Assembly (NCBI GenBank): GCA_951406725.2
Contig: OX597822.1
Coordinates: 94,240,001-94,304,000 of the forward strand
Direction of reading: 5' to 3'
Origin: Octopus vulgaris
Lineage: Eukaryota
DNA: 64,000 nucleotides
This document shows positions 11,569-24,559 of this stretch, in pieces; position 1 is the stretch's first letter, and the number at the start of each line of letters is the position of its first letter. A model generated the notes under the pieces. The model was not told the DNA's origin. It ran no database searches and saw only the letters and a list, made by a program, of their open reading frames with translations. A program made the translations under genes and the position numbers.

Positions 11569-11988
11569 TATCATTTTCTTTTATTACAAAAAAAAAAAAA
11601 AAATAGAGTTGCGATGTGTGAATGCTCCTGAAATTTGCTGAATATGGCAACAGTCCGGATACTTACTGATCAGACCACGTATTTGATAGAATGGTCACGA
11701 ACAGAACTCCTTTGGTCATACGTCTGTTTCATGAACACCTGAGCATTGCTGAATAGTGTCAATACTTCCATTTACATTCTGAGATTATATTCCAAAGGAA
11801 TGTCTTATTTTTCTCATCTTGCTATTGTTCCCCTTGATGCTGCTCTTCGAGATGAACTTGATGTAGGTTACAACTGAGTAACGCCGCCTTAGTTCAAGTG
11901 GCTTAAGCCCCAGTTATTAGCATTTTACATGTGATCGATTTTGAATCATTAATCCATTGGGAATGTAAAATAGCAAGGTTTGTTGATT

Positions 11989-12026
<38 letters not shown>

Positions 12027-12223
12027 TATGTTAGAGCATTATCTAAGGGCATGCTTGTTTGAAAAGGTTAATCGAAAGCGCTCACAGACTAAGAAAAAAC
12101 TTCTTCCAAGAAAGGTTAGTAACATCCTTATAAAAGACTTTATAACTTTTTAAAAATGATTATTAAAAAAAATCCCCTTTATATTAAAAACTGTATTGAA
12201 TAATTTTCACAGACTTTCAAATA

Positions 12224-12287
<64 letters not shown>

Positions 12288-12307
12288 CATTATACATATA
12301 TACACAT

Positions 12308-12365
<58 letters not shown>

Positions 12366-12385
12366 CACATTATACATATATACAC

Positions 12386-12418
<33 letters not shown>

Positions 12419-12474
12419 TATATATATACACACACATTATACATATATACACATTATATATATGTGTGTGTGTG

Positions 12475-12676
12475 TTCTACTTGATGCAGTCAGTTTGACT
12501 GCGGCCATGCTGGAGCACCGCCTGTAGTTGAAAACATCAACCCCAGAACTTACTCTTTGTAAGTCTTGTACTTATTCTATCGGTCACGTTTTGTCGAACG
12601 GCTAAGTTTCGGGTACGCAAACGTACCAATATCGTTCGTCAAGCGATGGTAGGGGCACAAACACAGACACACAAAT

Positions 12677-12760
<84 letters not shown>
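12475..12760 (-). mobile_element. SINE-A 3' half plus (CA)n
   Basis: Match to SINE-A 3' domain; a matching 5' half lies at 16500-16727. Confidence 0.8.
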
Positions 12761-12761
<1 letters not shown>

Positions 12762-12969
12762 ATAGTAGGGAATATAAAATTCCAAATTAGCAATACTAAA
12801 TCAAATTTCACAATATATAATATATGTATATAATTAAGAGAAAAATACTCTATTAAGTAATTCAATTGATAGTGAAAGATATTATCTATACTAAATGATG
12901 TAGAAAGAATTTAAATATATTATAATAGATATTACTCTAAAAATCACTAAATTAAAAAAACATTAAATT

Positions 12970-13090
12970 GACTACGCGCGTTTCATGACTATATATTTAA
13001 ATCGACAATAATAAAATTGATAATATTAAAAGTTAATATCAAATCGATTTAAAACTAATTCGATTAAAAAATGTAGCCACTCTTCAGGTC
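12970..13090 (-). ncRNA. Type I hammerhead ribozyme of the Penelope 3' region
   Basis: Minus strand: GAC-CUGAAGA-GUGGCUA...UAGUCAU-GAAA-CGCGCG-UA-GUC; all core residues intact; palindromic helix III; GUA cleavage triplet. Confidence 0.75.
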
Positions 13091-13747
13091 TAAAATAATA
13101 AAATAAATGTATGTATCTTAACATATAATAATTAACCAATAAATATAGAAATATATGTATCGTAACAATAAATAATCGAATAAAATGTAACAATATTAAT
13201 GAAAAATAAAATCATAACTTATCTTATTGACGAATACCAGTTAACTGATACTTTAAACATTAAACTCAGAATCTAGAGTTGCTAAGACATCTATCACGTG
13301 AAAACATGACGTGAATAATAATAATAAAATAAATAAATAGAAATAAGTATTTTAGCGCGGTGAAAATAATAAATAAACTTGATGTAATATACCATTTACT
13401 GGGAAAAATTCTAAATTCTCAATGATTTAAAACTAAAATATTTTCGTAAAATACATAAAATAAACTAAATTTCGATAAATTAATATATATTCACCAATTC
13501 ATTTATTTATTTTATAAACACCTTGGTTTAATCTTATTCTAGTTATGTTCATACACTACGTAATCTACGGCTAATTTCTACTCATTATACTACTACAAAT
13601 TATAACTACATAAATTAGTAACATAAATCAGAGTTTATATATATACACAAATTAGCTAAACTTATTATATAAGTAATTCAACCTATGTCTACATTTAATT
13701 TTTCTCTCATCTTGGTAAAGACAATATATATATATGTATAAATAAAT

Positions 13748-13966
13748 GCGCCCTTTTAAAGCCTAGCCAGGCTCATGGGCCCGGTTTCCCAGTTTCAATG
13801 GCGTATGTGTTCCCCAGCTGGAACACATTACGTTACTCATTTTGCCAGCTGAGTGGACTGGAGCAACGTGAAATGAAGTGTTTTGCTCAAGAACACAACG
13901 CGTCGCCCTGTCCACAATCTTACGATCATGATGATGACACCCTAACCGCTAAGCCACACGCCTCCT
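13748..13966 (-). mobile_element. CORE-like tRNA SINE with alternative tail, nested in the Penelope 3' region
   Basis: GAAGTGTTTTGCTCAAGAACACAAC core; tail shared with 26940-27196. Confidence 0.7.
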
Positions 13967-16499
13967 CACACACACACGCACACGCGCGCGCACACACACA
14001 CACACACATATATAACGACCCGTAGACGAAACAACAATTCGAACACCAGGCACCAAGCCTTCAACAACTGACAAAACGAAGTAAATAACGTGGACACCAA
14101 AAAATTAGTCGTGCGGAACGAGGAAATTAGGGTTGAAGAATTTAAAAGTTGAAAGATATTTATGTCTACAAGTAATTATGACATCCGATATTTTATTAAG
14201 TAAGCTTTTCTTTTTGGCACGGTGTATGTGGATCGCCTCCTTCGGGCATAAATTGCAATTTTTAGTATGTGTATTAAATGGTGTGGTTTCCGTTATGATA
14301 GACCAATCTAGATTGAATTCTTTATTGCGCATTAAAAATGTTTTGATGTGGGTAGCTAGTGTGATTGAATTTTTTGTTTCATGATTGATAAATGAATTTG
14401 TGTGTACCCTGTATCTAATCTTAAAATCAGTCGTACTTCCTATGTATATCTTTTTAGGTTCGTTAAGGGTTGAAACCTCGACTTTATATACGACATTTCT
14501 CCTTAAGCAGAATCCTTTTAAGGGACATATCTCCGTATTACGACAATTACATGTTTTATTTCCAGGCTTATCCCTTCTATTTTTAATATCAGGGTTTTCA
14601 TTATTATTCTTCACATTAAGGTCAGCTATATTATCATCTCTATTAATGCTGTTATTTCTAAGTTTAAGTCTATTGTTGGCCGCGATTATAGATCCTAGGT
14701 TGGGTGTGGTTGAGTACGATAATTTAAGGCAAGATCTATTAAATATGGAATGATATTTATAGCCTATCGATAATCATAAAAAATAATTTAGGGAGGTTTC
14801 TGTTGTTGGTTCCTATATTCAAAAAGGAGGTGTGAACCATATAATTTCCCGTCTCCTCCCCGAGTTGTGCCTAATTTATTTTTACATATTGTGTTCTTAA
14901 TATAATATATCTTCCTATTGAATCCACTGTCTTTTAGTGCTATCTTCTAAAATGTTGTTGGTTCCTATATTCAGGGGAGGGCTTGTTTATGTGGTAGGGC
15001 ATCGATGTTAAATTCGTAATATTTGGAAAACGTTTGCCTAATTTATTTTTACATATTGTGTTCTTAATATAATATATCCCTTTGTCAGTCCTTGTTTGTC
15101 CCCTCTGTGTTTAGCCCCTTGTGGGTAGTTAAGAAATCTATATTATAAAGGGGTGCAAAATCATCGAAGATATTTTCGTTTGCGGATATTCTTATTGACA
15201 CACCTTTAATTATCCCCTTAATGACACTTTAGGGATGATTTTTATAAGGCGTGGATATACTTAATAGCTTTATTAGGCTTATGGTAAGGTTAGAATAAGC
15301 CGTTATCTAAATTTAATGCTACGCCCAACATGTTAACACATTTAGTGACATTTTCGAATATAATATCTAAGTTGTATAACTTAAAAAATTTAATTAATCT
15401 TTTCCTTATCCTATCAGTTACTTGTTCGGTGAAGCCAGATATAAAGAATAAGGCATCGTCTCTATACAGACCTCCGTTGATATTAGGGAATTCTTCCTTA
15501 ATTTTTGAGAGTAACAGGCCAACAATATCTGCGACCAGGGCAGAATCCGAGCCTCCTATTGTAACATCAGAGTCATCATGAAGGTCACATTGGGTCCAAG
15601 TTTTATTTCTGAAGAATCGAAGTGATTTTTTTTTCGGTAAAAATAATATTTTTATCTAATGGTCTAATACTAGTAAAATTCACCGCAAAAGTAATTGCTT
15701 TGTCGAGTAAACCCGGCTTAATAGATTGTTAATGATTACTAATGTCGAATTGTATAAAGCAGGTTTTCCTTTTATTATTCAAAAAGCAAAACCAGGTTAT
15801 GACATCTGTGGATATCCAAAGTGGGAGGGTCGTGTTTCTTTTAATACAAGGGATAATTGTATCAATGATAGACTCACTAATTCTACCCAAGTCAGATTTG
15901 GTTGGGCAGATTAGCCTAACGTTGGGTTTGCTCTCAAAGTTAGCTTTGTGGTCCTTAAAAGTGAAATGTGGAATTTTATTAATTTCATTCAGTCTGTTAT
16001 CGGCCACTAATTTTATATTTAGAGTTCAATTCCTTCAAGATAAAGTTATTATAGGCATCGGTAGGTAGATATAGCCTTGAAACTTCGTTTCGGCAGTACA
16101 GTTTTGTGACTCACGTGGTGAGATTTTGGAGGGAGATACGAATTCGCTTGTCTATATAAATGTGAATATGCTAGTGGACTTCTGTATCTTTCGATGTCGC
16201 TTGGTCGAAAATATAGGAGGTAAGTTTTTCCTGGCATTTCTAGATTTATGGAAAATATTATGTTGATAAGGAAATGAACTTTATGATTCTAATCCAGAAA
16301 CGTGCGTCCATAATTAATCCGGAGACTGTGTGGTTTCGTTGTTTTTCTTCTTCTTTTGCCATATGTGAGTTATAAATATTGTTGTTTGTGGAGACTTGTT
16401 TTTGTAGTAAAAGAAATAGTAGTCCTTTGACTGCTATTTCTAATATTTTCGGTATGTGGTTTAAGATACTTGTTGCAAAAAACCCTTATTATTATAATT

Positions 16500-16503
16500 A
16501 TAA

Positions 16504-16567
<64 letters not shown>

Positions 16568-16727
16568 GGCGGGCTTCTTTCAGCTTCCGTCTACCAAATC
16601 CACTTGCAAGGCTTTGGTCGGCCCGATGCTATAGTAGAAGACACCTGCTCAAATTATCACACCGTAGGACTGAACCCGGAATCACGTGGTTGGGATGCGA
16701 GCTTCTTAAAACAGCCATTCCCGCACC
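16500..16727 (-). mobile_element. SINE-A 5' half plus (TA)n
   Basis: Diverged match to the SINE-A head. Confidence 0.75.
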
Positions 16728-16859
16728 TATGTACAGTATATATTTATAAATTATAATTGTTCAAAAACATTCATCTTTACGATGCTTACAGTATAGAAAA
16801 ATCACTAAACTACATAACACAAGTGTTACTAGTTCAACAGATTATATCTAAAATTAATA

Positions 16860-17076
16860 TTCTTTTCTACTCTAGGCAAAAGGCCCGAAAGTTTCTGGGA
16901 GTGGGTGGCCAGTCGATTAGATCGACCCCAGTACGCAACTAGTACTTAATTTATCGACCCCGAAAGGATGAAAGACAAAGTCGACCTCAGCGGAATTTGA
17001 ACTCAGAACGCAAAGACAGATGAAACACCGCTAAGCATTTTGCCCGGCATCCTAACGTTTCTGCCAGCTCGCCGCC
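16860..17076 (-). mobile_element. SINE-B
   Basis: Family match. Confidence 0.85.
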
Positions 17077-17225
17077 ATATTTAGAATTAATACTGTTTAA
17101 TTGAACTGGATGGGATTTTAAAATTTTAACATTGTGCATTATCAACCTCTTCACTCACTTGAAATAGAAGCAGAATATATTTTTCTAATAGACTTATTAG
17201 GTATGTTAACTAACGGCTCAATATA

Positions 17226-17539
17226 CAATAATGCCTCACTTTACAAGGACTCGCTTTACAAGACCCTGGGGTTTACGAAATTTATTTTTCGAGCACAAGA
17301 TTCAAATTTTGAACGAAGTGCAAAAGTTTGTATTACCATAACAAATGCTTCTGTGTGTCACCGAGAAATTTATAGAGAAGGAAAAAAAACGTCTAAGCAA
17401 ACAACTCTAGACTTGTTTTTTAAAATGAAATCTATCAGCCCTTCTACGAGTGCTTGTGAATCGGTGATCGCGTCTACAAGTGAAAGTATGCTCTAGTCTA
17501 GTGCGAGTGAAAGTGACTCACAACACGATAATAATAATA

Positions 17540-17581
<42 letters not shown>

Positions 17582-18338
17582 TTTTTTGTTATAAATTATC
17601 TCGACATTGTTTTTACGCTACATAGAATATTCTTTACATTCTACTGTTGTTTTATTGCCATTTATTTACGAGTATTATAAATTTTATAGGTAAAATATTT
17701 TTCTGGGAACGAATTACGATTTATAACATTGCCACTGTAGCGGTAGCTACATAGCTGAATGATCTCCCTTGCAAGAAAGATTATAGAGTAACCTCCCTTC
17801 CTAAATTTCTCGAAGCATCTGCGTCAGGAGACGTGATTCTTAATTATTCAAGAAACTTAGCGTTTCTTTCGGAAGTGTCTAGAATGTCAAGCGTTCCATT
17901 AATAGAAACAGCTTGCATGCCCTTCTCTTTGCTTCTTAGTCAATTAAACTCAGAGCCATTAATGTCATTGCTATGCCTGTCTATTTCTCTATGCCACATA
18001 ACTGAAAACCACCACTTAGCTGTTATTTCTACATTTTCTGTCTCTGAACTTTCTTGCATAGATTATTTCATTCAACTAGATTCTACAATTTGATTTTATG
18101 TATCATCATCGACCGATAAATAAAATATATTTTTATGTAGTAAATATATATAGTTCTTGAATTTATTCTTCATCTCTATATGAACTCTTGTAATAATATA
18201 CACGCAGCCACATCAGCACCTGGTACTGAATATATATTTCCACTACACTACTATGGAACATTATTGCTCTGGTTTGTGAGCTTTCGCTTTACGAGCGACC
18301 TCCGGGAACAAATTAACTCGTATATCAAAGCATTACTG
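17226..18338 (+). mobile_element. Tigger/pogo-like non-autonomous element
   Basis: Degenerate TIRs CAATAATGCC../CAGTAATGCT.. with TA flanks; C-terminal peptide QDSNFERSAKV..EIYREGKKTSKQTTLDLFFK. Confidence 0.7.
17736..18247. mobile_element. Solo LTR (Gypsy-like) nested in the Tigger-like element
   Basis: TGTAGCGG...CCACTACA inverted termini; 4-bp flanks CCAC/CTAC; internal AATAAA. Confidence 0.6.
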
Positions 18339-18341
18339 TAG

Positions 18342-18549
18342 TGGTTTAAAATTTGGGCTCAAGTTTACAGGAGGGGTTTAAGTCGATTACATAAACCCTT
18401 ATTTTCAACTGGTACTTAATTTATCGATCCCCGAACGGATAAAAGGTTAAGTCGACCTCGGAGGAATGTGATTTCAGAACGTAAAGACGGACGAAATGCT
18501 GCTAAGCATTTTACGCGGTGTGCCAACGATTCTGCTAGCTCGCCGCCTT
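18342..18549 (-). mobile_element. Old SINE-B
   Basis: Family match. Confidence 0.75.
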
Positions 18550-18773
18550 AATAGCTCAATATATTAGTTGCAGAAGGTGAGTGTAGAACTTATGATCACA
18601 CGGTCGTTTTCAGTTAACTATGCGGTTAAGAAGTTTGGATCACAGCCTCATGGTTCTGAGATCGATCTCACTCTGCAGTGCCTTGGATAAATGTATTTAG
18701 CTATAGTCTGGGATTAGATAATGTGTTGTGGTTAGAATTTGGCCAGCGGAAACTGCAGGAGCTCGTCTTCATT

Positions 18774-18860
<87 letters not shown>

Positions 18861-19121
18861 TGTGCGTGCGCGTGCGCGTACGTTTAAAATGTTTAAAATG
18901 TGACATTGTTCTGTTATCTACATTCCAACGATGGAAGAGTATCGTTCATAAAAATCAGCTCCTTCCTCGTTAACCAGTTAGAGGAGATGTCCTCTTGGGG
19001 TTAAAAAATCGCAGTAGAGTCCACTCGAACGGACAGCCATGTTAAAGTGGCTACGAATATTACTTGTCAGTACAACCACTGCGTTGATCTCTTAGAGGAA
19101 TTTTTGGGACTAGCATTTTTG

Positions 19122-19255
<134 letters not shown>

Positions 19256-19317
19256 ATATGTACAACTTCCGTTGAGGCATATCGGTGGAAGTTGTAAACA
19301 ATGGAGAAGAATAAAAA

Positions 19318-19527
19318 TCCTTCCTACTATAGGTACAAAGTCAGCAATTTTGTGGTGGTCGGGGATGTCAGGATAATCGATTACATCAACCCCAGTACTC
19401 AACTGGTATTTATTTTATCAACCCGAAAAGATGAAATGCAAAGTCTACCTCGGCGAGATTTGAACTCAGAACGTAAAGTCGGAAGAAATGCCACTATGCA
19501 TTTTGTTGGGAGTACTAGCGATTCTGG
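19318..19527 (-). mobile_element. Old SINE-B
   Basis: Family match. Confidence 0.7.
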
Positions 19528-19549
19528 CATAATAATATTAATAATAATT

Positions 19550-20170
19550 TGCAAAAACCTGATAAAAACTGGTGAGAACACAAACCACCTCCAGTGCTTG
19601 AAAATGATCACATCCCACTCCTCTGAAACTTCTCCATTCAAATTGACACAAAGGTAGATGTAAATAGTCCTGACATTATACTGAAGGGCTTCAGACAAAA
19701 ATCATGCCTCCTCATTGATATGACTGTCCCAATCGTTATAAACGTATCTGTCAAGACCTAACAAAAACTGAGCAAATATAAAGATCTTGAAATAGAAATC
19801 AGCAAAATGTGGAACTTGAAGACTAAAACAATACCTGTTGTTATAGGTGCTCTGGGAATGATAGCAAAAGGGGCTGATTGCTACCTAGCTCAGGAAACCC
19901 CAAAATGGCAGAAATTCAAAAGATAGTGCTCATCGGAACTGCCCATATCCTACATAAAATAATTTCTATGTAATCTCAAATTTTAAAACAAACACATAAT
20001 TTTCTTATGGTTTCTTAAACATTCTCTAGAACAACACTATGTGCAAAACCAAATATATGGCAACCTAGGCATAACACCAACATAAACTTAGAATCTGTTG
20101 TCTCTTGAGGTCTCTGGGTGAGACTTGGAGCCAACTTGTACAAATGTAAAGCAAAAGTCAAACATAAAAT
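19550..20170 (+). mobile_element. R4/Dong-clade LINE 3' fragment (restriction-like endonuclease + 3'UTR) ending in (TAA)n
   Basis: NSPDIILK..CLLIDMTVP..KLSKYKDLEIEISKMWNLKTKTIPVVIGALG..IQKIVLIGTAHIL. Confidence 0.85.
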
Positions 20171-20190
20171 AATAATAATAAAAAAATAAT

Positions 20191-20246
<56 letters not shown>

Positions 20247-20268
20247 GCACGCTATAAAAATAAAACTG

Positions 20269-20333
<65 letters not shown>

Positions 20334-20418
20334 TAATAATAATAATAATAATAGGCACACTATAAAAATAAAACTACTGAACAATAATAATAATAAAAAT
20401 AATAATAATAATAATAAA
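20168..20418. repeat. (TAA)n array containing two ~26-nt Dong 3'-end micro-insertions
   Basis: AAGCACGCTATAAAAATAAAACTGCTG (20245-20271) and GGCACACTATAAAAATAAAACTACTG (20354-20379) match the Dong terminus at 46710-46736. Confidence 0.85.
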
Positions 20419-20820
20419 TGGTGGTATTTTTTTTATTGGAGTTTCTAGTCATATTTGTTCGGTAGCGACTTATAGACTCTATCATCCTCATCGTAAAAAA
20501 TACAGTAATTGGTCTATTACGAAAGTTGAAGCTATAAACAAAATAGAAAATAAAACTATAAGTAAAATGGTCTCTTAGAAACCCTATATGTGGTTTTGTA
20601 TAGTTACTAGGATATAGTAGGCTAAGTGGTTAAGAAGATCGCTGCGCAATGATGAGTTTCTGCGTTCGATCCCACTACGTGGCAACTTTGGGCAGGGATC
20701 TTTTACTACAGACTCAGTTTGACCCACGCTATATTAGTGAAATTGGGAAGTTGGAAACGGTGAGGAAGCTCGAAGAATGGGTTGTAGCCGTCACTAACGT
20801 ACACAGCCTTGCCATACGCT

Positions 20821-21194
20821 GTGGCACAGTGGTTAGGGCAGCGGACTCGCGGTCGGAGGATCGCGGTTTCGATTCCCAGACCGGGCGTTGTGTGTGTTTA
20901 TTGAGCGAAAACACCTAAAGCTCCACGAGGCTCCGGCAGGGGGTGGTGGCGACCCCTGTTGTACTCTTTCACCACAACTTTCTCTCACTCTTTCTTCTTG
21001 TTTCTGTTGTACCTGTATTTCAAGGGGCCAGCCTTGTCACTCTCTGTGTCACGCTGAATATCCCTGAGAACTGCGTTAAGGGTGCACGTGTCTGTGGAGT
21101 GCTCAGCCACTTACACGTTAATTTCACGAGCAGGCTGTTCCGTTGATTCGGATCAACCGGAACCCTCATCGTCGTAACCGACGGAGTGCTTCCA
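20821..21194 (+). mobile_element. SINE-C
   Basis: Family match. Confidence 0.9.
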
Positions 21195-21467
21195 TCCCAT
21201 CACTCAAATTCACTCTGGTACGTGTGTTGATAGAGTACTCAACCGACACTCGTCGTCGAAATCGACGGAGATCAATTTACAGGAAAGACTTGTATATCGT
21301 TAAACGTGCTCACACTAGTGTACACATGTAGTGAAACATAAAGCACAAGCAAGTACCGAAATTCATATACATGCACTTTTATGCGTCTTAATAAATGGAG
21401 TCTTGGTATACATACACAAATATCTATTCTTCCAAACGTTTACAATAAAATACGATCACATACACGT

Positions 21468-21511
<44 letters not shown>

Positions 21512-22185
21512 TGATACATAGACATATAGATAGATATACGTATATACGTATATACGTACATACGTACATAGATAGGTATACGCACAGACATATGTACATA
21601 CATACGTATACACACACACATATACACTTACAAAAAACGTATGACTGTACAAGAGCACTTGTATGTACGTATTTCACGAACACATATTCACACGTGAAAC
21701 AGCCAAGTACAGCCATCCCAAAACTCGCGCGTGCGCCCACACCCACACAAACACGCAAACACACTCATATATACATGTGTGTGTGTGTGTGTATGAGTGT
21801 ATGAAAGTGTGTGTGTATGAGCGTATGAAAGTGTGTGTGTGTATGTGTATGTGGGTATTGATTTATTTACATTGTTAGAGTAGATGTCAAGAAGAATTTA
21901 TGGATTGCTCCAATACAATTTTAGAAATTTTGATATTCTTTAGGGAAATAAAGAATTTTTCTATGGAAGTCTGTAACAATCATTTATGATATGAAATATA
22001 GACGGAGACGTGACTTATATGCATTTATGCTGCATAAATAAAAAAATAATGCCAGAATATGGCTTCGTGGTTAGAACGATCGGTTTGCAATCACATGGTT
22101 CCTGGTTTAGTCAACTAACTGACACCGTTTGCAGTCTTCTACCGTAGTCTCAAGTCGGTCAACGCCTTTTGAATGAAATGAAGTA

Positions 22186-22320
22186 CAGTCCTCCCTCGAC
22201 TATCGCGGATGTTACGCTCCACCCACCCCCCGCGATAGGTGAAAATCCGCGAAGTAGAAGCAGTATTTATTTTTCCCATAGACCATAAATAAAGTAGTAA
22301 CAACAGGGTGAAAAGCCTTG
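22186..22320 (+). mobile_element. pogo/Tigger-like left terminus
   Basis: TA|CAGTCCTCCCTCGACTATCGCGG..CCCCGCGATAGGTGAAAATCCGCG; no partner TIR found. Confidence 0.5.
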
Positions 22321-22341
22321 GAGAAGCCACAAGAGCATCGC

Positions 22342-22537
22342 GAAATGCGTAGCCGTATTTCGTCTGCCGTTACGTTCTGAGTTCAAATTCCGCCGAGGTC
22401 GACTTTGCCTTTCATCCTTTCGGGGTCGATAAATTAAGTACCAGTTACGCACTGGAGTCGATGTAATCGACTTACTTCGTTTGTCTGTCCTTGTTTGTCC
22501 CCTCTATGTTTAGCCCCTTGCGGGTAATAAAGAAACA
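22342..22537 (+). mobile_element. 5'-truncated SINE-B with 14-bp TSD
   Basis: CACAAGAGCATCGC at 22328-22341 and 22538-22551. Confidence 0.9.
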
Positions 22538-23039
22538 CACAAGAGCATCGCAGCAGGTGCAACAATTGAATGTAAAGTGACCCTGAAAAGGGCCGTGTTA
22601 TCGTCCTCACTATAGCCCCGAAAAGGATTGTTAACCGTTCACAGGTATAAACGTCCGTTTTCGTTTATATGAAAAGCAGTGGGTGCAGTGATGCCAAAAT
22701 CAAGCCATCTGCAAGGAGATTGAGAAGCTGTAGTGGACTAAAGAAAAAAATTTTGAAAGAATGGCAACAACAGTACTCCCTCACCGTAAACTGGTTCGGC
22801 AGGGAAGCTGCGGTATGTTGAGAATGGCTTACAACACTTCACGATAGACGGCATTTTTCGTTTTGGCTTTCGGAGCGAACACGAAAAGTTTTTTTTTTGC
22901 ATCCGACTCTTGAGCATCCGACGTATAATTGGCCGTGCGAGAAGCATGGTTAGCCTGAATGGAGGCCTGTCGTTGTTAGTATTTGGCCTCTGGACTTGTT
23001 GATGGACATGGCAAAGCAAAGTAGAAGAGGGAACTGAAG

Positions 23040-23610
23040 TCAACGCAAGGGACAGGGGCATTGCTTATCCTGGGTATAAAGACGTCTCCGATGCCGCAAC
23101 CCGTAAGAATTGTTGCTTCAAAAACATGGGGCAGCACATTTTTTTACCACTAACCGCGTTCCGTTCCACAGACGTGGTGGCTCCAGCATGACAGGAGCTC
23201 CAATTTTGAGGTGCAGTTGAGGCGGTAGTCCGGAAGGGCGCAAGGAATCGAGGAAGTCTGTGGGAAAATTAACGGCCTCTTCTTGGTCCACAACAGTGTC
23301 CACAGACTTATAGGTGTGAAGATTTCCAGGAAGGCTTCGCAGTAGGTCTTCATTGAGTTTCGCAACAAATGTGCTTTTGGGAGCTCACATGGCTCTTTTG
23401 CACATCCAATTCCGGTTTTGGTAGTTTGTGTGCAGATCGGGAAAAACAGAGGTCGTAAGGTCGTCCACAGTGTCCCCACAGATGTGCCTACGTGTGAGAC
23501 AGCCATCTCTCCAGCTGCGTCGGAGGGAGCTGTGCCATCACCAACGGTGAGAAGTTGCTTGGAGAAGTCACCCAATAAGTTGTTGCCGAGAAGCTGGGCC
23601 CTCATGTTCG
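23040..23610 (-). mobile_element. Helitron RepHel Pif1-like helicase remnant
   Basis: NMRAQLLG..FSKQLLTVGDG; VNFPTDFLDSLRPSGLPPQLHLKIGAPVML..LWNGTRLVVK; frameshifted. Confidence 0.85.
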
Positions 23611-23799
23611 GTCAAAAATGAGGTATTTAAGGGCAAAAAAACGATTTTCTACTTAGTATTTCGCAATTGTTGGTCCCTTCAGTTTTATCGATTTTTCTCC
23701 TAGAAGTGGGTATCGCTAGGCATCGGTAATGCGGTAGTGACCTGCCAGGGTAAAATTTCTACTTAATAAAAAAAATTTCATCCAAATCAAATGAAAAAT

Positions 23800-24350
<551 letters not shown>

Positions 24351-24559
24351 GTTGGTATGTCCGTCTGTCTATATACATACATGTGTGTGTGTGCGTATGT
24401 AATGTATATATATAGGCGTGTTGATAAAAAGTGAGAATAGTATTCAATACATTGAGTTTGTAAATTTTATTAGCAGAATAATTGTTATTCTGAGTTTCAT
24501 GTCGCTGATTGTTGAATTAATTGAAAAAAGATCACACCTTCTGAAGTCATTAATGCGAA

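Larger units (their letters stand above)
12761..16495 (-). mobile_element. Penelope-like retroelement (Neptune-type), long but degenerate
   Basis: RT: FTFKDHKANFESKPNVRLICPTKSDLGRIS, CFIQFDI, DVTIGGSDSALVAD, GLYRDDAL (~15450-15472); linker CNCRNTEICPLKGFCL; GIY-YIG VVYK..IYIGSTTDFKIRYRVH (ORF 14105-14614); AT-rich 3' region with hammerhead. Confidence 0.9.
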
